Below the pieces are notes generated by a model. That model was not told the origin of the DNA. It did no database searches and worked only from the letters and a program-made list of their open reading frames with translations. This document shows, piece by piece, positions 28,286 through 37,741 of a DNA stretch of 64,000 nt. Numbering within the stretch: position 1 is the first letter of the stretch; each line of letters starts with the position of its first letter. A program made the translations under genes and the position numbers. This DNA is from Vicinamibacteria bacterium (lineage in GTDB: Bacteria; Acidobacteriota; Vicinamibacteria; Marinacidobacterales; Marinacidobacteraceae), in the NCBI GenBank assembly GCA_963422395.1, contig OY729431.1, positions 1,440,001 through 1,504,000 of the forward strand, written 5' to 3'.

Positions 28286-29746
28286 TCACTCGGGACCGAA
28301 GCCGTAGAGGTGCTCCACGGTACGGATGTAGAGGCGCGAGGGGGCGAGGGCTGGAGTGGCGTACACCGCTTCGTCCAGCGGGTTCATCTGCAGCACTTCG
28401 AATTCCGCAGCTCGTTCTCCGGGGGACAGCGGACGGACTACGGCGGCGAAACCGAGTTCGCTCACGAAGTAGATCTTTCCGTCGGCAGCGACCGGGGAGG
28501 CGTAGTAGGCGTCCACCGCGCCCGTAAGACGCCCCTGGACGAGCACCGCGCCGGTTTTCGGGTCGAGCGCGGTGACGATGCCCCCGTCGTTCACCAGGTA
28601 GAGCACGCCGCGGTAGAGCAGCGGCGAGGGAAGCTGCGGCACCCGGCGCCGGTAACTCCACACGGTGTTCGCCGCAGTGAGATTCCCTGCCTCGCCGGAG
28701 GCGCCGGGCCGAATGGCGAGGATGCCGTTCTGCGAGGCGAGGACCGCTTCGTAGTACGCCCATTCGTTCGATTCGAGAAAACCGTCGCCGCTCAGATCGA
28801 TCACTCCGAACCAGGACTCGGGGTGTCCTTCGGCTTCTTCGCGTCCGATTCTCCCGTCACCGTCACCGTCGAATGAAGAGAGCGCCTCCGCGAAGGACGG
28901 TGCGGTGCGCTGATTCCCGGGTTGGTTCAGCGGCGCTCCATAACCGTTCACGAAGACCATGCCGTCGCCTTGCACCGGCGTGGATTTCATCTCCCAGGGA
29001 AGGCCGCGCACCCACCAGCGAATCGAGCCGTCCCCGGCGCCGTAGGCGGTGAGCAGGAAGCTCCCCGGCGCCAGGATCTCGAGCCCGTCGGCAGTCTCGC
29101 GGAGGACCGGCGTCGAATGGCCGCTGGTGGCCTCGGGCCTCGGGGTGCGCCAGAGGGTCTCGCCGGTATCCTGCGAGATCGCGAGGATCTCGGAGCCGAG
29201 GTTCTGGTCGAGGACCAGAACCACCGCGTTGCCGACGAGGATCGGGGAAGCGCCCATTCCATAGAGGTTGTCGAACGGCCCGAGCGGCAGCCGCCACTTC
29301 TCCCTTCCCGCGCCGTCGTAGGCGAGCAGGCCCAGGTCGGGGAAGAAGGCGTACACCCCGTCCGGGGAAGCTGCGACGCTCGGGGAAGCCGCGTTGTTCC
29401 GGGAATCCACCTCGGTGACCCGCGGCCGCCGGGCGGTGCCCCGCCAGATCTCCTCGCCGGTTTCGCCGTCGAGTGCGATCGTGTGGAACTCGCGGTCCGA
29501 ATAGCCGGTCAGATGGACGCGGCCCGCAGCGAGGATCGGCGAGGAATGCCCCGGCGGCAGGGGGACCCGAAACCGGGCTCGTTCCGGCCCGAAGGCGGTA
29601 GGAAGTGCCCCGTCGGGGCCGATCCCGCTGCCGTTCGGGCCGCGGAAGCGGTCCCATTCCGAGGCGGAGGGCGCGGCGGGAGCCGGGATCGCAGCGGAAG
29701 CTCCCGCGAGCAGAGCGAAGAGGAGAAGCGCTCCGGCCTGACTCAT
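28286..29746 (-). CDS. PQQ-like beta-propeller protein with EF-hand-like insert
   Basis: WDRFRGPNGSG; DGDGDGRIGREE and DLSGDGFLESNE loops. Confidence 0.88.
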   Translation of the reverse strand: MSQAGALLLFALLAGASAAIPAPAAPSASEWDRFRGPNGSGIGPDGALPTAFGPERARFRVPLPPGHSSPILAAGRVHLTGYSDREFHTIALDGETGEEIWRGTARRPRVTEVDSRNNAASPSVAASPDGVYAFFPDLGLLAYDGAGREKWRLPLGPFDNLYGMGASPILVGNAVVLVLDQNLGSEILAISQDTGETLWRTPRPEATSGHSTPVLRETADGLEILAPGSFLLTAYGAGDGSIRWWVRGLPWEMKSTPVQGDGMVFVNGYGAPLNQPGNQRTAPSFAEALSSFDGDGDGRIGREEAEGHPESWFGVIDLSGDGFLESNEWAYYEAVLASQNGILAIRPGASGEAGNLTAANTVWSYRRRVPQLPSPLLYRGVLYLVNDGGIVTALDPKTGAVLVQGRLTGAVDAYYASPVAADGKIYFVSELGFAAVVRPLSPGERAAEFEVLQMNPLDEAVYATPALAPSRLYIRTVEHLYGFGPE

Positions 29747-29750
29747 CCGG

Positions 29751-31706
29751 TCAACTCCCGCTCAGATATTCGTCGAGGAAGGCCAGGATGCGGTCCGCGC
29801 TCTCGATCCGGTTGTCCCGATTGCGGAAGCCGTGCCCTTCGTCGGGGAAGACCACGTACTCCACCGGCACTCCGTTCGCGCGCACCGCCTCCACGATCTC
29901 GTCGCTTTCGACCTGGAGTACGCGCGGATCGTTCGCGCCCTGGACCACGAAGAGCGGGCGCACGATGTTTTCCGCGTGAAAGAGCGGCGAGATCGCGGTC
30001 AGCCGTTCGAGATCGGTTTCGGGATCGCCCAGTTCGGCGTAGAGAGCGTCCCGCTGGGCGCCCCACCAGGGAGGGATGGACGACAGGGTGCGCACCCAGT
30101 TCGTCACCCCGAAGATGTCCACTCCGACATCGAAGGCTTCGGGCTCGAAGGCGAGCGCCGCGGCCACCATGTACCCCCCGTAGCTGCCGCCCAGGATTCC
30201 CACCCGGCCGGCGTCCACCCAGTCGAGGGTTTCGAGGTACCGCCGCGCCTCGATGCAGTCCTTGAGGTCCACATCGCCGTGGCGCCGGTCGTCGAGGTGG
30301 AAGAAAGTCTTGCCGTAGCCGGACGAACCGCGGTTGTTCACCGCGAACACCGCATATCCGTTGTTCACCAGGTGCTGGATCTGCGCCCGGTAGCCCTTGC
30401 GGCTCTGGCCGCCGGGTCCGCCGTGGACCCAGACGAGCGCCGGCACCGGCGCATCGGCGGCCGCCTGGTGAGGGCGGTAGAGGATTCCCGGAATCGAAAG
30501 CCCGTCGAAACTGGGGTAACGAACCACCTCGCCGTCCACCAGCTGTTCTTGCGAAATTTCGGGATTCAGGGTGTCGGTGAGCCGAACGGCTTCCGAGTCC
30601 CCGATCTCCCAGACATGGAGGTTGGACGGCGAAGTGTCGCTGTTCACGAAGAACGCCATCTTCGTTTCGCTCGCTGAAAAGGAAACCCCGGTCACTTCTC
30701 CCTCGGGTATTCCCGGGAGGTCGAGCGCCTCGCCGGTCTCTCGGTCGAACACCGTGATTTCGGTTGCGGCATCCACATTGACGGCACTCACCCGATACCT
30801 CCCTCGTTTCGAGTAGTACACGGTGAGGACATCCCAGTCGGCCTGGAGGAGCGGGCGGTGTTCGCCGGTCTCGAGGTCGTAGCTCCAGGCTTCGACGAAC
30901 TCGCCGTGAGCGTCGGTTGCATACACCAGCTCCGCGGAGCTCTCTCGCGCCGGACGAAACACCAGCGGGCGATGGGAAGCGTCCCCCTGGTGGGGGGTGA
31001 GGTGTCGGGGGGGGCTCGCCGGATCCTCGAGATCCACCAGATAGACATCGCTGTCGGCGTTGTTCTTCGATTGATTGACCGCCAGGAAGCGGCCGTCCTG
31101 GCTCACCGGACCGGGCATGAACTCACCGGGGTTCTCGAAGACGAGGCTCCGGGAAAGGTCCTCCACGCGGTATTCGTAGAGGTCGAACGCCTGCGGGTCC
31201 CGCTCGTTCGTGGTCACGAAGAAACGCGAGCCGTCGGTGGTGAAGCCGTGGAACGAGGCCTTCAGGTTCTCTCCTGGGGTGATGTCCTGCGGGGTTTCCC
31301 CCGGAGCGAGGACATACAGGTGATGCAGCTCGTTCCCACCCTCGTCGGCAGTGAAGAGGATCCGGTCGTCTTCCGGGAAGAACGCCATTCCCAGATTGGC
31401 GTCGGTTTCCGAGACGGTGAGCGGCAGGGCCTCTCCGCCGGCGATCGGCTGCGCGTAGGCGTTCATCACCCCGGTCCGGTCCGAAGTGATCAGAATGCGG
31501 CTCTCGTCTGCCGAGAAGGACCCTCCGAAGACCTGTTCCGTTTCGTAGAAGTCGCGGGCGTCGTACCGCGGGATCTCGGGAGGCGGAGACGCACAGCTGG
31601 CGAGAAGCCCGAAGACGTAAAGGCCGGAAACGAGAGAAGAGGCCGGGGTTCGGGCGCCGGCCGAGGACTGTTCGGAAATACGGGTCCGGGGGAAGAGTTC
31701 GAACAT
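29751..31706 (-). CDS. S9 family (prolyl oligopeptidase / acylaminoacyl peptidase) lipoprotein
   Basis: HGGP, GGSYGG nucleophile, GANDPRV, DEGHGF; lipobox LASC. Confidence 0.93.
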   Translation of the reverse strand: MFELFPRTRISEQSSAGARTPASSLVSGLYVFGLLASCASPPPEIPRYDARDFYETEQVFGGSFSADESRILITSDRTGVMNAYAQPIAGGEALPLTVSETDANLGMAFFPEDDRILFTADEGGNELHHLYVLAPGETPQDITPGENLKASFHGFTTDGSRFFVTTNERDPQAFDLYEYRVEDLSRSLVFENPGEFMPGPVSQDGRFLAVNQSKNNADSDVYLVDLEDPASPPRHLTPHQGDASHRPLVFRPARESSAELVYATDAHGEFVEAWSYDLETGEHRPLLQADWDVLTVYYSKRGRYRVSAVNVDAATEITVFDRETGEALDLPGIPEGEVTGVSFSASETKMAFFVNSDTSPSNLHVWEIGDSEAVRLTDTLNPEISQEQLVDGEVVRYPSFDGLSIPGILYRPHQAAADAPVPALVWVHGGPGGQSRKGYRAQIQHLVNNGYAVFAVNNRGSSGYGKTFFHLDDRRHGDVDLKDCIEARRYLETLDWVDAGRVGILGGSYGGYMVAAALAFEPEAFDVGVDIFGVTNWVRTLSSIPPWWGAQRDALYAELGDPETDLERLTAISPLFHAENIVRPLFVVQGANDPRVLQVESDEIVEAVRANGVPVEYVVFPDEGHGFRNRDNRIESADRILAFLDEYLSGS

Positions 31707-31713
31707 CGGATTT

Positions 31714-33045
31714 TCATTTCTCCTGGTGAGGTTTTTCCTCGGAGATGGGCTCGGATGGTTCGGCGATCGCGTAGAGATGCTCGCTCCCCCGCAGGTAGAG
31801 GGTGCCGTCGACGATCGCCGGCGAAGCCAGGACCGGCTCGTCCACGCTGTTCGTGGCGAGCAGCGAGAAGCGGGCGCCAGTGCGCAGGATGTGGGTGTCT
31901 CCGTCTTCGCTGGTGAGGTAGAGCCGCTCCCCGGCGACCACCGGGGAGGAGAAGAAGCGCGACGGCAGCGGTGTGCGGATCCCCTCCTGGATCACTACGC
32001 CGGTTTTGCCGTCGAGTACGGTGAGGATGCCGCCGTCGCTGACGAGGATGAGCCGGCCCCGGTGGAAGACGGGTGACGGTACATACCCCTGCCCCTTCCG
32101 ATAGCTCCACACGAGCGAACCGTCCTCGACATCGAGGGCGAGGATCCGCTTCTGCGGATAGCCGGTGACGGCGAACACCAGACCGTCCCCGGAAGCCGCC
32201 GGGGTCGGGACCGCGTTGCCCGAGAGGCCCTCCGCGCGCCAGCGCTCCCGGCCGGTGGCACTCTCATAGGCAGCGATCGCCCGGACGCCCATGGCCACCA
32301 CCAGCGAGGTTCCGTCGCTGGTCTCGACGATCGCCGGGGTGGCCCAGCCCGCCGGCTGCTCCCGTTCTCGCCGCCAGGCGAGCTCCCCGGTGGCGGTATC
32401 GAGGGCGGCGAGGAAGGAGCCTTCGCCCCCCTCCACATCGTTTTGCAGCACTACCAGCCCCGCGCTCGCGACGACCACCGGCGAGATGCCCACCCCCATG
32501 CCCATCGTCCCGACACCGCCGAAATCCCGGGACCAGAGCGGCTCGCCGTCGAGGCCGAAGGCGTGGAGCCCCTGCGAGCCGAACCAGGCCACCACCCGTT
32601 CGCCGTCGCTCGCCGGAGTGGGGTTCGCGTAGGAGCTCACCCGGTGGCGGTTGTCGAAGGGCAGCGCCGAAGGCTGCGCCGTCCTCCGCCAGCGGACTTC
32701 GCCGCTTCGCCGGTCGAGGGCGAGCAGCACCGCTTCGAGCCGCCGATCGGCACCGAGGCTGTCGGGGTGGAGGAATTCCTCTTCCCCCATGAAGTGGATC
32801 ACCGCGCGGGCGCCGGGGACGGTCTCACCGGGGACCGCGGTGGTGAGGAACACCGCGTCGCCGACCACGATCGGCGATGAATTCCCCCGCCCCCCGATCC
32901 GCAGCTTCCAGAGGATGTTCTCGTCCTCCTGCCAGCGCAGCGGCCCTGCCGCGTCCACGACCGCCCGCCCGCCGGGGCCGCGCCAGCCGGGCCAATCCTG
33001 CGCCGCGAGCGAGAGGGCGGCCGCGGCCAAGAGGGCGAACTTCAC
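31714..33045 (-). CDS. PQQ-like beta-propeller protein
   Basis: GTG start overlapping the upstream stop, signal KFALLAAAALSLAA, DWPGWRGP, SSPIV. Confidence 0.88.
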   Translation of the reverse strand: MKFALLAAAALSLAAQDWPGWRGPGGRAVVDAAGPLRWQEDENILWKLRIGGRGNSSPIVVGDAVFLTTAVPGETVPGARAVIHFMGEEEFLHPDSLGADRRLEAVLLALDRRSGEVRWRRTAQPSALPFDNRHRVSSYANPTPASDGERVVAWFGSQGLHAFGLDGEPLWSRDFGGVGTMGMGVGISPVVVASAGLVVLQNDVEGGEGSFLAALDTATGELAWRREREQPAGWATPAIVETSDGTSLVVAMGVRAIAAYESATGRERWRAEGLSGNAVPTPAASGDGLVFAVTGYPQKRILALDVEDGSLVWSYRKGQGYVPSPVFHRGRLILVSDGGILTVLDGKTGVVIQEGIRTPLPSRFFSSPVVAGERLYLTSEDGDTHILRTGARFSLLATNSVDEPVLASPAIVDGTLYLRGSEHLYAIAEPSEPISEEKPHQEK

Positions 33046-34427
33046 TGCGGGGCCTCGCGGAAGGCATAGAGGTGGTCCACGCCGCGCAGGAAGATGGTCC
33101 CTCCGGCCACCGCGGGAGAGGCCCAGAGCGCCTCGGGGATCGAGCTCTCGGCGACGATCTCGAACTCGCGCCCGGCGCGGAAGACCGTCAAGTCGCCTTC
33201 GAGGCTGCCGATGAGGATGTTCCCCTCGTAGCCGATCGGCGAAGCGTGGTAGCGCCCCGGGTTCGACGGCCGCCCCTGGAAGAGAAGGGTGCCGCTCTCC
33301 GGATCGAGCGCGGTGACCACTCCGCCGTCCGACAGGAAGAAGAGGAGGCCGCGGTAGAGGAGCGCCGACGGCAGGTAGCCGGTGCCGCGCTCGTAGGACC
33401 ACCGGGTCTCCGGCGGAGCTGGGCCCGTGAGGGAAAGGGCGCGCATTTCCTTCCTGGGATATCCCGTCGAGACGAAGACGAGCCGCTCGCCGCCGAGGGG
33501 AGCGTGGACCGGAGTGTGGATCACATTCGAGTCGAAACCGGCAGTTCGCCAGATTTCGGCGCCGCTCGCCGGGTCGTAGCCGGCGATCCGGTCGTAGCTC
33601 GGGACCACCAGCTGCGTTTCGCCGCCGACCGGGAGCAGCGCGGGGGTCCCCCAGCTCTTCCGCACCCGGCGCGGAGTGGTCCAGACCACCACGCCCGAGC
33701 GCCGATCCACCGCGAAGATCCGGGACCTCTCCCCGCCGTCGTCGTCGCAGACGAGGAGGAGGAGCTCCTCGTGGAGCACCGGGGAGATGCCGTGGCCGAG
33801 CCCCCAGACTCCGAAATCGCCCAAGTCCGTCTCCCAAACGGGTTCTCCGTCCAGGGTGAAGGCGAAGAGCCCTTCCGAGCCGAAGAAGAAATAGACCCGT
33901 TCCCCGTCGGTCAGTGCGGTGGGGGAGGCGTAGGTGTTGCCGCGGTGGCGGTCGTCGTACACCGGGCCTTCGCGCACCGCCCGCCGCCATAGTTCCTCGC
34001 CGTTCGCGGCGTCGTAGGCGAGTGCGAGCAGGACATGCGACCGCTCGCCGTCCAGGCTCCCCGGGTGCAGGTACATTTCGCCGTCCCGGATGTGCTCCGG
34101 CGGCGCCTTCCCGGGAAGCACCTCGCCGGCTACTGCAGCGGAGACGAACAGGCGCCTGCCCCAGACGATGGGCGACGAGTGGCCTTCGCCCGGAGTCACC
34201 GTCTTCCAGATCCCGGTCGCTTCCGGATCGAAACGGATCGGGAGCCCGGTCTCGTTCGAGACGCCGTCGGCAGTCGGCCCCCGCCAGTTCGGCCAGTGCG
34301 CCGGCGGCTCACCGCTATTCGGCCCTCGCTCCGGGCTCGGCAAGGCCGGTCCAGCGGGAGACGGACCCACTCCTGAGAGGAAGAACAACGGGAGGAGCAG
34401 CGGGACCGCCGCAGGAGGGACGCTCAC
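33042..34427 (-). CDS. PQQ-like beta-propeller protein
   Basis: GTG at 34427 overlaps the nucleotidyltransferase stop; HWPNWRGP, GHSSPIVWG. Confidence 0.88.
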   Translation of the reverse strand: MSVPPAAVPLLLPLFFLSGVGPSPAGPALPSPERGPNSGEPPAHWPNWRGPTADGVSNETGLPIRFDPEATGIWKTVTPGEGHSSPIVWGRRLFVSAAVAGEVLPGKAPPEHIRDGEMYLHPGSLDGERSHVLLALAYDAANGEELWRRAVREGPVYDDRHRGNTYASPTALTDGERVYFFFGSEGLFAFTLDGEPVWETDLGDFGVWGLGHGISPVLHEELLLLVCDDDGGERSRIFAVDRRSGVVVWTTPRRVRKSWGTPALLPVGGETQLVVPSYDRIAGYDPASGAEIWRTAGFDSNVIHTPVHAPLGGERLVFVSTGYPRKEMRALSLTGPAPPETRWSYERGTGYLPSALLYRGLLFFLSDGGVVTALDPESGTLLFQGRPSNPGRYHASPIGYEGNILIGSLEGDLTVFRAGREFEIVAESSIPEALWASPAVAGGTIFLRGVDHLYAFREAPQ

Positions 34428-35713
34428 GGAGGCTTCTCCCGCGTATTGTGCATCTCTCCGGCGGCTTCCGAGGTGCGTTTCAGGAACCTTGTGCCGCCGA
34501 TCTCGCCCCCGTCTTCGAAGTCGCCGATCAGTCGGGGGTGGTGCTGCAACGCCTTCGCCTCCGCCCGCCTGCGGGCCTCGGAGAGTTTCGAGCGCGGGTG
34601 GATCAACTGGCGAACCCGCCGCCGGATCCGATGAGCGAGCAGTTTCGAACGCTCTCCGAAGGACAAGCCCGCCCCATCCGGCACGGCAAAGGTATTCGCG
34701 AGCCCGGCACGCCAGAACCTGCCGTTGGCGTGTTCCCGCAGAGTTTCGCGGGGAGTGTCCAGCCGGGCGATGGATTCCGCCAGCCATCGCGAAGTCGCTG
34801 CGCCAGGGATGTGGGTGGTGGCTGGGGCGTCCGGCCAGAACCAGATCAGCAGCTGCCGCGCCGCTGCCAGCTCCTCGGGGTGGCGGGTGAAGGCACGCTC
34901 GATCACCGACCAGTCGACTCGCCCTCCGGCAGCCGTGACTAGCAGGTAGATGTGATAGCTGTAGCGCAGATCGAGCGACCGATCGCGGTAATGGTGATGG
35001 TCGAGCAGGTCGTGGGCGATGGCCTGCGCGACTTTTCCCGACGAGGTCAGCTGCCAGGCGCGCAGCGGCGGGTCGAATTCCGGCGCGGCGACGGGTTCGC
35101 GCGCATCCGCAGCCAGCATCCGCAGCGGATCGCCGCCGTTCAGCAAGCGTCGGTGCAACTCGACGGTCACCCCGCCCGGTCCCACGAGAGCCGGAGCGTG
35201 CTTCTCCTCGCGTGCTTCCGGCCACGGGGAGAGATCCCCGGGTTCGATCTCCTGATAGCCGCGCTCGCGGAGTGCCCGCCAAGCAGAGCCTACTGTCTCG
35301 GGCGGAAGCAGCACATCCAGGTCCATCATGAAGCGCCGGCCGCGCAGATCGGCCGGCTCGCTCCATAGTTCTGCCGAGCCCTTGAACAGCAGCGGCTCGA
35401 TGCTGCGCTCGTTCAAGAACGCGACCAGGCGCATCAACTCATCTTCGAGCGCAGCATGACGCCGCTCGCTCCCTTCGATGAGCCAGCGGCAGTAGCCGCC
35501 GAGAGAATCGTCGCTGTCGGCGATGCGCAGCGGATGCCGCACCACTGCGTGGGCGAGCGCCGGCCCTAGCCAGAAGCGGTTGGCCAGCTCGAAGAGATCC
35601 GGCCAGTCCACCTGGGCCGCCGGCGGGAATTCGTCCCAGCGAGTCGGGTGCTCCAGAGTTGCGAGGGCGCGGCACAGATTCCGGATGAGAGCCTCTGTTC
35701 CCGATTCCTGCAT
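34424..35713 (-). CDS. Nucleotidyltransferase family protein (NTP_transf_5-like)
   Basis: LFKG...R.MMDLDVLL and VELHRR motifs. Confidence 0.85.
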   Translation of the reverse strand: MQESGTEALIRNLCRALATLEHPTRWDEFPPAAQVDWPDLFELANRFWLGPALAHAVVRHPLRIADSDDSLGGYCRWLIEGSERRHAALEDELMRLVAFLNERSIEPLLFKGSAELWSEPADLRGRRFMMDLDVLLPPETVGSAWRALRERGYQEIEPGDLSPWPEAREEKHAPALVGPGGVTVELHRRLLNGGDPLRMLAADAREPVAAPEFDPPLRAWQLTSSGKVAQAIAHDLLDHHHYRDRSLDLRYSYHIYLLVTAAGGRVDWSVIERAFTRHPEELAAARQLLIWFWPDAPATTHIPGAATSRWLAESIARLDTPRETLREHANGRFWRAGLANTFAVPDGAGLSFGERSKLLAHRIRRRVRQLIHPRSKLSEARRRAEAKALQHHPRLIGDFEDGGEIGGTRFLKRTSEAAGEMHNTREKPP

Positions 35714-37048
35714 CAGCCGTACCAGGCCACCGCCTGTTCCTCCATCCAGCGGACGACGCGATCGCAGGCGCCGTATCGAACCTCGAAGGCCGGCAGCGCC
35801 GCGAGGTGATCGACGAAGGCGATGGCCTCTTCGGCGTGTCCGATCCGCCGCTGGCGATAGCCGTTGCGGGTCATTGCGAGCACCGCTTCAGGCAGCGAGA
35901 GCGGCCGGACGGCCAGCTCCTCTCCCGGTACGAATCGAGGCGCGACCAGCACTGTGGGAATCGGGGGCTCCTCGGCGGGTGGTCCCTGGGCAGGGTCTTC
36001 CGTCCGCACCGCCGAAGGGAACTGATGGCGCCCATCTCTCTCTCTCTCTCTCTCTCTCTCTGGCAGAGGGCGGCCAGTAGAGGACGAACCGACGCCCGTC
36101 CGGGCGCTCCAGCACTGGAGGCAGGCCGTCGGGGTCCATGCCAGCGGCCTTCCAGGCGCCCTCCTTGATGGCGAGGGGCACTTCGGTGGGCAGCGGTCGG
36201 AGTTCCTCGTCGAGGACGATGGCATCGTCTGACGAACAGATGCCGCCCCGGTCGGTCAACACTTTCGAAAGGGTCGTCTTGCCGGCGCCGGTCGGAGCGG
36301 GTAGCAGCCACTGCACGCCGCGGAAGCACACAGAAGCGCCGTGACACCAGAATCGATACGGGAGTGCTTCGCAAACCGCCTCGAACGCCGCGGCGACGAC
36401 GGCTCCGGCGAGCTGCCCCAGGTTCGCGCAGGGGACGAGCCGCCCTTCCGGCAGGACGACCTGATAGGCATCGGACCCGAGGGAGTCCACGGCTAGCTCC
36501 ATCACTGGGCCTGGCGGCCTGTCCCCTCCTCGATCACTACGCCGGTGGACGGAGTCCACCGGCCGTCGAGCTGCGATCGCCTGGTCCGCCACTCGCCGCA
36601 GCAGGTGCGCCGCCCGGGCCGCCGCTCGCTCTGGGCCGCGGAAATTCACCCGCACCGCCGCCGGCGGAAACACGAACGACTCTGCGCGTTCCGAGAGCCG
36701 AGGGGTGCGAGGGGGGCGCTCGCGCCGTCTGTCTTGCCCCTCAGAGATCCGCCCCGGCCGGAACGGCAGGTCGGGCAGCGGGAGTGAGGGGTCGGCCAGC
36801 GTCGCCGCGTTGGCACGCGCGATTTCCAGGCTGGTGCCGCCGATGTCCGGCTCCAGTTCGTCGGCCGCCGGTTCCGGCCGTTCGGCTGCGAGTGCCTGCA
36901 AGAAGCGCCAGGAGGTCCAGTCCAGCCACACCAGCGACTGACGCTTGCGGCAGTAGACGAGCGGGCTGGAGACGAGCGGACCGGCCGCCGAACTGCCGAG
37001 TGGCGGCTCTAGAACCTCCCAGGCAACGAGGTGCGGAAGGCCGGACAG
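35713..37048 (-). CDS. RRE/PqqD-like plus HPr-kinase-like P-loop protein, frameshifted at an (AG)13 repeat
   Basis: HGASV, APTGAGKTT and SDD in frame 35888..36931. The C-terminal LVAPRF..G..PLS..EA..RYG lies in frame 35713..36225, whose TGA overlaps the next ATG; start uncertain (CTG 37048 or GTG 36931). Confidence 0.75.
36035..36061. repeat. (TC)13 / (AG)13 dinucleotide microsatellite
   Basis: Directly visible at the frame switch of the kinase gene. Confidence 0.93.
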
Positions 37049-37259
37049 CTCTTTCCTGGCAGCCTGCGCCGCAGGAAAGAGTGAGGTCGAGGTGGGGAGG
37101 ATGGGTGCGTCGGGAGGATGGACGAGGTTCTATCGGGGTTTCGCGGTAACCGCCGCAGGAGAGATGCGCACGTCAGGTCCCCGCGTATTGTCCGCTGGAG
37201 TGATAGCAGTGACTTTGGGCGAAGTGCCGTGTGACTTCATCCATGCATAGAAGGCTGTT

Positions 37260-37604
37260 TCAAGCCAAGAACCGAAAGGCGGCGAAGAGGAGCCCGGCGA
37301 TGGCCAGGGTGGCGAGCATGCCCCGGCGCTCGCTGGCGCTGATCGCTGCGGAGAGTTTAGCATAGCTCGTCTCGATGGCGGCTTCGAGGTGGACGCGGAG
37401 CGTGTCGAGGTCGGACTTCGCCGCGGCTTCGAGGCGCTCGAGGCGGGCGGTGAGCGCGGTTTCGAGGCGGTCGAGGTCGGACTTCGAGGCGCCGGATCCA
37501 TCGGCGAGCGCGAGCTCGGTGACGATGGCGCGGGCAATGGCAGGATCGGCCCCGGCGGCGATGATGCGTTCGGCGGCGGCTGCGGTATCGAGGGAGTAGG
37601 GCAT
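37260..37604 (-). CDS. Small coiled-coil protein with C-terminal TM helix (DUF1640/CCDC90-like)
   Basis: LDT...I.AAG....ARAIV, repeated KSDLD.L, hydrophobic tail; AGGAG RBS. Confidence 0.7.
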   Translation of the reverse strand: MPYSLDTAAAAERIIAAGADPAIARAIVTELALADGSGASKSDLDRLETALTARLERLEAAAKSDLDTLRVHLEAAIETSYAKLSAAISASERRGMLATLAIAGLLFAAFRFLA

Positions 37605-37741
37605 GGTGAGCTCCTGTGGTCGGGCGATCGGGAATTCGCAATCTACAGCATCGACCACCACCACCCCATCGGGCACCTCCACCTCGTCGAGGTTGTGTGC
37701 GGCCCTTCCCCTGAAGATAGCCAGCTCTGCTCGCGGCGACG

